Below, piece by piece: positions 38,105 through 49,489 of a DNA stretch of 64,000 bases (position 1 is its first letter; every line of letters starts with the position of its first letter). The translations under genes were made by a program, and so were the position numbers. Origin of the DNA: Hypanus sabinus (lineage: Eukaryota); contig NC_082731.1 in the NCBI RefSeq assembly GCF_030144855.1, forward strand, positions 29,450,001-29,514,000, read 5' to 3'. Under the pieces are notes generated by a model. It worked only from the letters and a program-made list of their open reading frames with translations. It did not search any database and was not told the DNA's origin.

Positions 38105-38420
38105 AATTGTCAGTCTTTATTCAAAACCTGACAGCCTCCACCTCAGGAAGAGACCAAGAAAAGGAAAATGGCCACACTGGAGTGTGTGGTCTCTGGTTTC
38201 TACCCGGACCAAATAAATGTCACCTGGGAGAAAGACAGCACTGTGATCTCCTCCAAAAACAATGCGACACCAACCACTCTGGAGCAGGGGTGGACTTTCA
38301 GTGCCAGACACTTCCTGACCGTGAGTTTACAGGAGTGGAAGATAGAATCAGTCTTCAGCTGTACAGTGATTCATCCCCCCTCCGACACCCATATCAAGAA
38401 ACGAGTGAAGAACATCCAAG
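38105..38420 (+). pseudogene. Ig heavy-chain constant exon, IgW/IgNAR-like (similar to IgNAR C3), frameshifted at the 5' end
   Basis: Acceptor TTTCCATTTCTACTCCACAG|38105 and donor CAAG|GTAGGG at 38421. Translation PPPQEETKKRKMATLECVVSGFYPDQINVTWEKD...TLEQGWTFSARHFLTVSLQEWKIESVFSCTVIHPPS...KNIQ has C1-set Cys/Trp/Cys. Length is 316 nt (not a multiple of 3), with TGA at 38129 in the domain frame. Confidence 0.9.
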
Positions 38421-38707
38421 GTAGGGTCCAGTCATGAAATTGTTTACAATGTGCCATGAACTCTACCAGGCAAGGTCAATATTGAAAACTTCAAAATGCT
38501 CTCTCCCTCTGACATTGAACGTAATCCCAGCCTTGATTAGTGCCTGAGTTGTGACTGAATTTCCAGCAGAGCAGCTCTCCCTCTGCTCCTGTGTGGGAAC
38601 AGTCAGCCTGGACAATGTGTAGAAGCCTCTGGAGGGCGGCTTGAACACACAACATTCTGACAAAGCTGCAGCAAATGTTAGTTACACCTAACAGAGAAAA
38701 AGAGTGC

Positions 38708-41624
38708 TGTAACGTTCTGCTTCGCGTGTAACGAAACGCCGAATTAAACGTCGAGATAAACCACAGTCAATACGAACCAGATCGCAGTAAGATTAACCAT
38801 TTACTGTTCACTCTTCACATTAACATATGGTGAAAACTGTTGATAAAACAATACAAGATTGATACAGTATTTGTTCCTTCCTTAATATCACATTTCAATT
38901 GTAAATACTTGCAAAGGTGACTATAACTACATTACACTAAGGTGCAGTACACAGGGAGAGTTTACCTGCTCCATTAACTACTTTAAATACACTTCCATGC
39001 AAACTATCCGCAACTCTTTAACTAACGAAAGCATAAACATTATCGACAGTCGTTACTTCTAACAGGATCGGCATTAACATCTTAGTTCAATATATCGATT
39101 ATCTATTAACTTACAGCGTTGCTCTCACTGTGATTTCTCATGCCTGCAAAACAACTTCTGCTCAGGTGTGCCTCGTGGTGAGCCCCCACCCTCGCGTCGA
39201 TCTCAAACCGGTACTTTCCCACAAGACGCGGCGAAACCGGATGTGACGTCATCGCATGCCGATATATTTTACATGCAATGAATATACTTTAAACACTTCT
39301 AATTCTAACTAGAAAATACTATTGAATGAATTACTAAGCGAAAATATTATAAACTAAATAACTGTCGTAAAGACAGCACACTCCCCGCTTGACCTTCGTA
39401 AGGTCACAATGAGCAGAATACAAAACTTAGTCTCTTAATCAGTCATTGGGTGGAAGTAGAATAACTTCTGTAACTGGCCTTTGGTAAATTTTCACATCGC
39501 CTTGGTCGGTAGTCTTCAATTCGATCTTCCTGACATGTCCATCCCCGCTAGGGAATGTAGCAGTGATTCTGGCCGTTGGCCAGCTCTTGCGGGCGATTTG
39601 CTTGTCCCTGAGCAGGACTAAGTCTCCAACTTGAAGATTCCTGTGGGGTTCTGTCCACTTTTGTCTCTGTTGCAACAAAGGTAGATATTTTTGTCTCCAG
39701 CGAGGCCAGAACTGATTTGCCAGAGCCTGGACTTGTCTCCATTGCTTTGTGTACAAATCCTTGTCTGAGAAGTCTCCTGGTGGAGGAGGTGTTCCTACCT
39801 TCTGTGTAAGGAGCATTGATGGCGAAGGTATGAAGGGGTTTTCTGGGTCAGAAGACACAGGTAGGAGTGATTGTGCGTTTATAATGGCTGTGACCTCTGC
39901 CATTAGGGTGCACAGTACCTCGTGGGCCAATCGGGTGCGTTGCTGCATCTCAGGTTTCCTTTTCCGGGTTTTCCGTAAGGACGTGAACCGTTTGACTGCC
40001 TGCTCTTTGTTATCTGGTGAGCGCTGGCGTGGTTCTCTGAAAGGCAATGGGGCAACCCCATTATTTGCTTCATCTCTGAAGACCTTGGTGTCTTTGGTTT
40101 TTAAAGAAATGGTATCTTGAGCCGATTGTGCAAGTTTGTTTCCGTGCTCGGTTCGAATGAAAACTGACTGACCTAGCGTCTCGTCGGTTACTTTACGCTT
40201 GGTAATGTCTTGTTGTGCTTCTTTAGGGTACACCTTAGTGAGGCAGATCTTGGAACAAGAACGGCTTGACTGACCTTGACTGCAGACTCCTGTACAGTTC
40301 GTGCTGACAACTGTTGTCCTGGAGTGAGCCTCTCCCTCCCCGCCGTCCTGTTGTGGGGGTGAAGGAGCGTTGTCGGTTCTTTCATTCTTGACTTCATCAC
40401 GGAGCCGCGAGGGTAAATTTTCTTCCTCGTATGGATGTGATGCAATCGTGACTCTCTGAGGTTCCTCGTAGCTGGGGAAGTTATCGAATACGTATGGAGA
40501 GGGGAGACGAGCCTGCCTGTCTATTTGATATTGTACATAGTCGCTTGTGCGTTCCAGTCTGGTCCTTTCTAAAGTAGATCTTACTTCGGTCAGATCACGC
40601 GACCCTTCAGCTTCTTCTATGTACTCTGCTTCCGCCTTGGCAGCTTCTGCTTCTCTTTCTAGCTGCAGCACCTGCAACTCTGTCAATATTTTTGCCATTT
40701 CCAACTGGGTTTCGGCTTCTCTGGCGGCCCTTTCTTTCTGTATTTCGGCTTCTCTGGTGGCCTGTTTCATTTTCAAAACTGCTTCTTGTCTGGCGTAACG
40801 CAGTCGCACCTTGGCGGCTTCTGCCTTGGCTCTTGCCTGGGTGGACTTACTTGATGTCGGTTTACCGCCCTTGTCGCTGGGCGGCGTCGACTTGATGCTG
40901 GATCGAGCTGACATTGCAGCACTTGAAACCCTGATAATGCCGCTTTTTCACTGTAACGTTCTCCTTCGCGTGTAACGAAACGCCGAATTAAACGTCGAGA
41001 TAAACCACAGTCAATACGAACCAGATCGCAGTAAGATTAACCATTTACTGTTCACTCTTCACATTAACATATGGTGAAAACTGTTGCTAAAACAATACAA
41101 GATTGATACAGTATTTGTTCCTTCCTTAATATCACATTTCAATTGTAAATACTTGCAAAGGTGACTATAACTACATTACACTAAGGTGCAGTACACAGGG
41201 AGCGTTTACCTGCTCCATTTACTACTTTAAATACACTTCCATGCAAACTATCCGCAACTCTTTAACTAACGAAAGCATAAACATTATCGACCGTCGTTAC
41301 TTCTAACAGGATCGGCATTAACATCTTAGTTCAATATATCGATTATCTATTAACTTACAGCGTTGCTCTCACTGTGATTTCTAATGCCTGCAAAACAACT
41401 TCTGCTCAGGTGTGCCTCGTGGTAAGCCCCCACCCTCGCGCTAATTTCAAACCAGTACTTTCCCACAAGACGCGGCGAAACCGGATGTGACGTCATCGCA
41501 TGCCGATATATTTTACATGCAATGAATATACTTTAAACACTTCTAATTCTAACTAGAAAATACTATTGAATGAATTACTAAGCGAAAATATTATAAACTA
41601 AATAACTGTCGTAAAGACAGCACA
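38708..41624 (-). mobile_element. BEL/Pao LTR retrotransposon, further-deleted non-autonomous copy 2
   Basis: LTRs 40952-41624 and 38708-39380 (673 bp each, TG...CA), 5-bp TSD AGTGC (38703-38707 / 41625-41629). Same family as 3777-8675. Confidence 0.95.
39439..40914 (-). CDS. Uninterrupted 491-aa ORF: Gag N-terminus fused to pol remnants and DUF5641-like C-terminus
   Basis: Colinear with the copy-1 ORF but lacks the Gag core/knuckles and the protease through two in-frame deletions. No stops. Confidence 0.85.
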   Translation of the reverse strand: MSARSSIKSTPPSDKGGKPTSSKSTQARAKAEAAKVRLRYARQEAVLKMKQATREAEIQKERAAREAETQLEMAKILTELQVLQLEREAEAAKAEAEYIEEAEGSRDLTEVRSTLERTRLERTSDYVQYQIDRQARLPSPYVFDNFPSYEEPQRVTIASHPYEEENLPSRLRDEVKNERTDNAPSPPQQDGGEGEAHSRTTVVSTNCTGVCSQGQSSRSCSKICLTKVYPKEAQQDITKRKVTDETLGQSVFIRTEHGNKLAQSAQDTISLKTKDTKVFRDEANNGVAPLPFREPRQRSPDNKEQAVKRFTSLRKTRKRKPEMQQRTRLAHEVLCTLMAEVTAIINAQSLLPVSSDPENPFIPSPSMLLTQKVGTPPPPGDFSDKDLYTKQWRQVQALANQFWPRWRQKYLPLLQQRQKWTEPHRNLQVGDLVLLRDKQIARKSWPTARITATFPSGDGHVRKIELKTTDQGDVKIYQRPVTEVILLPPND

Positions 41625-42022
41625 AGTGCATTTAAATATTTGTATCAAAATTATAGTTGTGATGTTAATTTTATAAAATCTAAAACATATTTGCTGGAAT
41701 ATTTTCATGTGAAATGTTTTCTGTGTTTCCCATTCCACCAACACTCTGAAATACTGGGTATTTTCTGTGGCTGGTAACAGTTTAAGTAACCATGAAACTG
41801 CAAAAACAATCTAAGGGCCAATCTTGTTCATTTACATACCCTCAGGGTGTTTACCCTGTCTGCTCAATAGGGGAGATTCCTTTCTTTACCAATGTAGATT
41901 GGTCTCATCTCATTTGATGGGACTGGCAAATCTCTGACCAGAGATGAACAATCTCTGGTCTTGACAGTGACAAACTTGTCCATTGGGGAATGGGGAAATA
42001 CTAATTGTGATGTTTCTCCCAG

Positions 42023-42345
42023 ATAAATGTCCAGATACCCACCCCTCAGTCACTTTAAGTGAACTTTCCTTTGAAGAGATCTGGACAAAGAGGACAGCGA
42101 CCATTCCATGTGAGGTAATTCACAATGATTTATGGGGGTTCAGTGTAACTTGGCAGGTGGAAAGAAGGAAGAGGGGAGATGGGATAAGGGTCAAGACAGA
42201 TATTTGGAGATGGGAAATGAAGAACTTCAGACATGAGATTTGGTAGGTGACGCAACTCCAGGAGAAATAGTTATCTTCATATCTATGGTGTCTAAACCCT
42301 TCCTGCATTGATTCCCAATGATCAGCTGTCAGCTAATTGTCAGGG
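42023..42345 (+). pseudogene. Ig heavy-chain constant exon, IgW/IgNAR-like (similar to IgNAR C4), with in-frame stops
   Basis: Acceptor TGTTTCTCCCAG|42023. Phase-1 frame (D)KCPDTHPSVTLSELSFEEIWTKRTATIPC(42109)EVIHNDLWGFSVTWQV. A same-frame Cys lies 60 codons later (42289). TAG at 42244 and 42268. The 3' boundary is uncertain. Confidence 0.75.
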
Positions 42346-42539
42346 GAATTAGAATAATTGGCTTTCTGACAAAGATGTGACAGTGCTAACCACTGATCAG
42401 ACGTGATATCTGTGTCAAAGACGTTGGATCGCTGTTTGAGGGGTTGTTGTCCCCACTAAGTTTATTGCTGCTCATCTGGTGCATGTGTGATGCTAACTAA
42501 ATGAAACGTATCATTGTTGGGAAATGGCAGAATCTATGA

Positions 42540-43560
42540 ATATGAATAAACAGACAACATTTCAAGCCGAGACCCTTCTACAGGACTGAAAAGGAGGGGG
42601 GAAGTTGCATGAATAAATAGGTGGGGGTAGGGGAAGGAAGCTAGCTGGCAGGTGACAGGTGAAGCCAAGTGGGTGGGAAAAGTAAAGGGCTGGAAAAGAA
42701 GGAATCTGATAGGAGAGAAGAGTGGACCATTGGAGAAAAGGAAGGAATGGGGAACCGGGTACCCAGGGGACGTGATAGGCAGGTCAGAAGAGGTAAAAGC
42801 CCAGTGAGGAATAGAGGAAGAGGGAAGAAAGAGGAGGATAATTTTTTTTTACAGGGAGCAGAAATGGATATCATGCATTCAGGTTGGAGGCCACCCTGAT
42901 GGAATATAGGTGTTGCTCCTCCACCTTGAGGGTTACCTCATCTTGGTGGATGAAATGGAGGTGCTCGATGAAACGGTTTCCCAATTTATGACCAATCTTC
43001 AATATAGACGAGGCCACATCAGGAGCACTGGACACAATAGATGACCCCACAGATTTGCAGCTGAAGTGTTGCCTCACCTGGAAGGACTGTTTGGGGCCCT
43101 GAATGGAGGTGAGGGAGGAAGTGAATGGGGAGGTGTAGCAGAAAATGGAGTGAGTGGTGGAGGCGGGGAGGTAAAATATGTTTTGTGAAGTATCCCTTTG
43201 GAGATGGTGAATGTTGTGGAGGATGATGTGTTGGATGTGGAAGCTCATGGGGTGGTAGGTAATGACAAAAGAAACTCTATCACTGATAAGGCAGTGGGGA
43301 GATGGGGTGAGCTCAGATGTTTAGGAAATGGAAGCGATGCCGGTGAGGACAGCATCAATGGTGGAGGAAGGACACACTTCTGATCTCCTGGGAAGGAAAG
43401 CCACAAACTTGGAATGGGTGCAGTCATGTTTGTGGATCTTGGGAAGGAGGTATAAGCAAGCAGTGTGGGGTAACGGAACTATGAGTTTGGTGGCAATGGC
43501 TAGGAGTTCATCAGAATTGATGAGGTCAGTGATGGTGTTGGAGACAGTTTTCTGATGGTC
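42540..43560 (-). mobile_element. Degenerate Penelope-like fragment
   Basis: IQGPKQSFQVRQHFSC...IGHKLGNRFIEHL...LKVEEQHL (GIY-YIG region) and a pLTR remnant at ~42550-42600. Confidence 0.75.
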
Positions 43561-45769
43561 TGGAGTGGGGTCCTCTTCACAGGGTAGGTATGAGGAGGTG
43601 TCTGAGAATTGCTGTCTGGCCTCAGCAAGGTAGAGGACAGTTCACCACACTCCAACAGCACTGCCTTTGTCTGTGGCTTTCATCGTAAGTTTGGGATTGG
43701 TTTGGGAGAGTGGAGGACAGTGTGTTCAGAGGGGGTAAGGTTCGAGGATGAGGGGTGTGTGCTGAATTTGAGAATGTTCATGCCTTGTTGGAGGACTGTC
43801 AAGCCTTTTAACCAATGGTGGCATGAACCGGGTCAGGTAAGGAACGGGCTGGTACATTGTGTCTGTCTTCCCTTTATTCTGATTGTTCCCCTCTCTTCCT
43901 TCGGCAAAGAGCCCGTGGTGGGAATGGCCTTTGTGTGTTTGATATTGCTGCACTCTGGGAAATGCCACTGTGCTGTTTGAAGGACAGTTTACATTCTGGG
44001 TCCATTTTAGTTCTGGTTCCTGCTCAATTTACTCACTGCCTGTTATGCCGCTTGCATAATGAAGCAATGAAGGATTTCCACCTCTGTTTATCTTTGGCTA
44101 TCTTCTCTATTGTGCCCCAGGTGTAGTTCAGGGTCCTCATTTTTGTCTCAGTGGTATGGTGCCAAGTTGTCTTTGGTCTGTGTTTCCTCCGTCCTTCAGG
44201 GATACAGTGAAGTCTTGATGATGGAGTTGCCTCATCACATTCACAATTCATCTCCAATGTTTCATCATGGTGATTGTGGCCATGTCATCCTGATGACACT
44301 GAAGGAGCAGGACATAGTTGGAGATCTTTCTTGCCCAGAAAATACAGACGATCCTCCAGAGGATCATGGTGTGAAAAGAATTTGATACCTTGTAATGATA
44401 ATCTGCGACCACTGGGTGTCAGAGGAACCCCTCCAGTTATTGACACTTCATCAGTCTGGCTGCTCATAACTGAAATCTGGGTCTCAGTGTAATAGTCAGG
44501 CACGGAGGGACTGCTGGACAATGTGGATGAAACAGTGCACAGGAGGATTCCACTGTGCCAGGAAGTCCTGATTCACCGCAGGAGATCTTCAGATGAATAT
44601 GTCACATTGAAAATTCAGACAGGGAAAGGACAGGAGATTCATTCAGGAGTTGATACCTCACAGACAGTGCAGGGCTCTGCATTGGCATTCTATACGATCC
44701 ATGCTTTTTCCTGGTGTCTTTTCCCTTTCCCACTTGTTCTCCTTATGTCTTTCCATTTCCATCTCCATTATTCTCTTGGTCAATTTCTACCTTGATCTCT
44801 GTTTTTATTCTCTCTCCTTCAGTCTCTCTTCTCCTTTGTTGTCTCTCTTTCTGATACAATATGATGCATTCTCTCTCTCTCTCTCCATCTTGTCCATTCT
44901 TTCCTCTCCCCATCACTCTTTCTCTCCATTCCCATTCTAACTCTCTCTCTCTCTCCTCCTCCCTCTTTGCAGCTTCCCCTGTATAAAGCTGCCAGGGTTT
45001 GAAAACCTGCCAGTCACAACATATTATTTCATACAATTTGTCTGTGATTTCTGTTCTTCTCACCACGTTGCCTGCCTCACTGTTTCTGCTCTCCCACTTT
45101 CCAATCTGAAACAGACTGTCTTTTGAATCAGCCCCAGTTCTTCATTAAGGATTACAGAGGCTCATTTGTGTCCATGGATAGACCTCAATGATAAACAATT
45201 GAATGAAGGCAGCCAGCAGTAACCCTGTGCTTTTGGACAGCAGCTTCAATATGGATGTGATCTGAACTTTTGTTCATAGGACACATCTTTAGTAATTTAT
45301 TTTTGCTGCTTTTGCTATTTTACAGCCGTATCAAAATAATCGTTGGCATCTCATGAGTTGGCACACTTGGTGATATTTGTGGTCTGCCCAGCTACACTCC
45401 ACTTCATTCCCTCCACCACTGATGCACCATGGATATTGTCTGTCCAGTGTTTCAAGAGTAGTTTTTCTCTGCAATGTAACTTGAACAGGTTTTATTTTGC
45501 TTTGGTGATGATTACATTCTGCCTGTGGTAGCCCAGATGCTAATTTGAACTGACCTATGCAGGGATTCAACAGTTTCTTTCCAGCCATCAATGCTGCTTG
45601 AAATCGCTGTGTTTCTGCAGTAGACAGTGTGTTGTTCTGGATTCCAGTATCTGCAGTCTCTTGTGTCTGGATTGAAGTTGACTTGATGGAAAGCATTTGG
45701 TATCTTGCAGTGACAACCTGCAACCACTGGGGGTCAGAGCAACACTTCTGAAATAAGGAATCAAACTGA

Positions 45770-48024
45770 CTGCTGTAATAGCAACCACAGGCCACTAGGT
45801 GTCAGTGTTACAGACAGACAGAGAGGGGTTGATGGACAGTTTGGGTGAAACAGTGCACAGGAGGAGTCCATTGTGCCAGGAGGTCCTGAGATGACAGGAG
45901 CTCTTCAGGTGAATATGTCACATTGCTACGTGGTTTCCTCCCACACACAAAGACATGCTTGTCGGTAGGTTAATTGGCTATTGTAGATTGCTCGCAGTGT
46001 GGATTGATAGAGTCCTACAGCGTGGAAACAGGCCTTTAGCACAAACTGTCCATGCTGACCAAGATGAGAATCCAAGTGAGACCCATTTCCCAGTGTTTGG
46101 CCCATAACCTTCCAAAATGTTCCTCTCCATGTACCTGTCCAAGTGCCTTTCTAAAGTTGTTATTTACTTAACTCAACCATTTCCTCTGGTGGCATATTCC
46201 GCAAATTTTCCACCATTTCTATTTAAATATCCTTTATTTTCCTATTGAATTTTGCCCTTGTCAGCTGACCTAAGTCCTCAAGTTCTTGATTCCCCAATCT
46301 TCGGTAAAAGACTGAGTGGATTCATCACAACTGAGTCCTCATGATTTTATCAAATCTCCCCTCATTCTCCGACACTTGAAGGAATAAAGCCTTAGCTTGT
46401 CAACCCTCTCCCTAGAACTCAGTCCCTAGAGTTCTTGCGGCATCCTTGTAAACCTTTTCTGCATTGTTTCCAATATAATGATATCTTTCGTGCATCTTGG
46501 CGAATAAAATGAACACAACACTGCAAGCGCAGCCTCACCGGTGCCTTGTACAACCACTCCATGAGCAGCTAGCATTCAGAATCAATGTTCTGTCTAAATA
46601 AGACCAGCATGCCAAAACCATTCCTCACCATCCTATCTAACTCTGATAACTCTCAGTGAACCATGTGCTTAAACTCCAAGGTCCCTCTGTTCCACAACAC
46701 TTCCCAGGGCCCCGCCAGTTACACTGAATGTCCTACACTGGTTTGACTTTCCAAAATGCAACACCTCACACTTATCTGAATTAAAACCCAGATGCTACTG
46801 CTCTGCCCATTTGTTCAGCTAATCAACATACTCCTGTAAGTTTAGATCATCTTCTCCATAGTTCACTTAACTACTCACTTTAAGGTCATCCACAAACTTA
46901 CTAATGATGCCTTGTATATTCTTATTGAAATCTTTGATGTGGATGAATAACAGCATGTGACCCAGCACTGACACATGAGGTCCACCGTCTGTCTGGATCT
47001 ACTCCCTGTAGACCCACAACTGCATGGCCAGGTATAGCACCAACTCATCGACGGAGCTGCTGTAGAAATATCCAACAGCTTCAAGTTCCTCAGCACCCAT
47101 ATCACCAGCAACCTCACCAGGTCCCTTCACACTGATGATGTGATCAAGAAAGCTCATTAGCATATTCCTTTTGTCAGGTGTCAGACATTTAGTATGTCTG
47201 CCAGGAATCTCTCAAATTTCTACAGTCTCATGGTAGAAAGCATTCAGACAGGTTGCATCACACTCCTGTATGGCAACTGCTCTGCTCTTGACCATCTGAA
47301 CCTGAAGAGAGTGTTAAACACATCCCAGTCCATCAGAGGCTTGTTAATTCCTCCCATCCAGTCAGTCTTCACGGTGCATTGCCTCAGGAAGACTCGTGTT
47401 GTCAAGGATGCATACCATGCTGACCATTCCCTTTTCAGTCTGCTACCTTCTGGAGAATGTCGAGAAGCTGAAAAACCTGAATATCCAGACTAAAGAACAT
47501 CTTTTCCACTTGATATCAGTCTCCTGAGCTGATCAATTCTTTCACATCTGCTTCCTGGTGGTGCTGCCACGTTCTCATATCATTCTCTTCTTTATTCTGT
47601 TTCTCACACTATGGTGTGTTGTTTTGTGGCATTACCTCACACTGCACATCAATCCCTGTACCATTGTGCTGTTCTATGCTTATAAATTTATTTCTATCGT
47701 CTGTATAGTGGCCGTTCTTTATCATCTTCACGTGAAAAAGGCATTTGATTGCACCCTGGTGTACACAACCATAAACCAACCTAATCTAATCTGAACTGTT
47801 TCATACCGTTTCTGAGGGAAGTTCATCACAAAGCATTCATGCCTTGTCTTTAGCTCTCATGTGCTGGGCTCCACCCTCCTGGAAGTTGGTTCTATTGGAG
47901 TCGACTCATTTCATTCACTTTTAATGATCCATCATCGTTCTCACCTGCATGTGGCAGGACTGCAGAGGCTTGATCTGATCCCTTCTTGATGAAACTGTAC
48001 TTTGGCCATTCTTTGCCTCTTTTG
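45770..48024 (+). repeat. Direct segmental duplication, copy A (paired with 61216-64000)
   Basis: Continuous alignment by eye including unique sequence and old CR1/Rex fragments. The solo-LTR site is empty here (single GTAGG at ~45965). Confidence 0.95.
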
Positions 48025-49489
48025 CTAGTTTACAGATGTGTAGGTTTGATAGTTGGCACCTCACGTGTTGGTACATTTGGTGCTGTATATGGTTTGTACA
48101 CTCTCACCCCAGTTCATTCCCTCCACCACTGATACCGTGAATGCAGTGTATACTATCTACAGAATGTACCACACACTTCAGTGAAGATTCGGTGACAGCA
48201 ACTCCCACACTGCAATCTCTGGCACAATGGAGGACAACTGTACCCAGGACATTGGGAATGCTACTGTCTGTATGACATGCACCATCTGCACTTGGACACT
48301 GATGTCTGCTCTCACATTGTCATTTCACCCACCTCATAGACACCAACAATGATGTGAGCCTCACCCTGGACCAACTAACAGTCTGGGTGTGCAAGTATCA
48401 TATCACTGACAATAATCTGGAGTATCAACATTATTTCTGTATCACTGACAGCCACAGGGATGTGGGAATTATACTTGTGACACAGTACATAGTATTCACA
48501 CCATCTCCAAAGCAAGAACAGTCAAAATGTACAGGTAACCTGCTGATGACATCATCCCATTTGTCAGTAATCCCTTTACAGCCCAAATAATCAGGATGTA
48601 AGAGGGAAGGAAACAATTATGTGTATTCATATATAAAACTGATTCTGACAAAAGGAGAATCAATTTTTATCTGTTTATATTCTCCCAATGTACATTTTAT
48701 CCATAATTCAGGACATGGTATCGGAGGAGTGATGAGTCAGCCTGACAGAATATTAGGATGATTCCAGGAGTAATGGACATCAGTTAGACAATGGAACAGC
48801 TGGAATTATTTTGCTTGGAAAGGAGGAAGTGGAGGGAACATCTGTGAAGGTATTTCTAATCACAAAGGCTCTAAGACTCAAGATTCAAGATTGTTTAATG
48901 TGATTTCCTGAACACAAGTGTAAATGAGAATTTCATAATTGTTACTCCGGATCTGGATTTTTTGCTGGATTGTAGATTGAGGGAGGATGAGAAGTAGTCG
49001 TATTAAAACTGGTGAGAATAGGAAGAGGGGGAGGGAGGAAGGGGGAGAGGGAGAGAGAGAGTTCCCTGTAAAGATAAAGAAGAAAATGAGAAAGAAGCAC
49101 CAGAAGGCTGAATGAGTGAAGAAATCCCTGGTAGAGCCGCTGGTGCCACCAGGCCCCCCTGCTGATACGGTATGGTGGGAAACTGGAGATAACAGGTATG
49201 TGATTCATTTTATTAGTGACTTGTATGGTTGGGCACATGACCGGTGGCCTTCTGGTGGGGGGGGGTGGAATTTAAACAAGAGACTAGAGGAAGAGACAGA
49301 TCCTACATGTGATTATGATTATATGGTGACGTCTGACTTCCATCTTTTTTCTCCAATCCAGATGAAGGTCTGTGCCCAAAACATCGACTGTTTACTCTGT
49401 TCCATAGATGCTGCCTGGCCTGCTGACTTCCTACAGCATTTTGTGTACGTTGCTTGCATTTCCAGCATCTGCAGATTTTCTGTTGCTTC

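Noticed and set aside
41936-41960. 10-bp perfect hairpin GACCAGAGAT-gaaca-ATCTCTGGTC near the Ig acceptor
   Set aside because: Short enough to occur by chance in 64 kb, with no supporting context.
42555-42600. Additional hammerhead motifs (here, 17505-17540 and 49365-49395)
   Set aside because: The conserved CUGANGA or GAAA core is mutated in each, so they are not reported as ribozymes.
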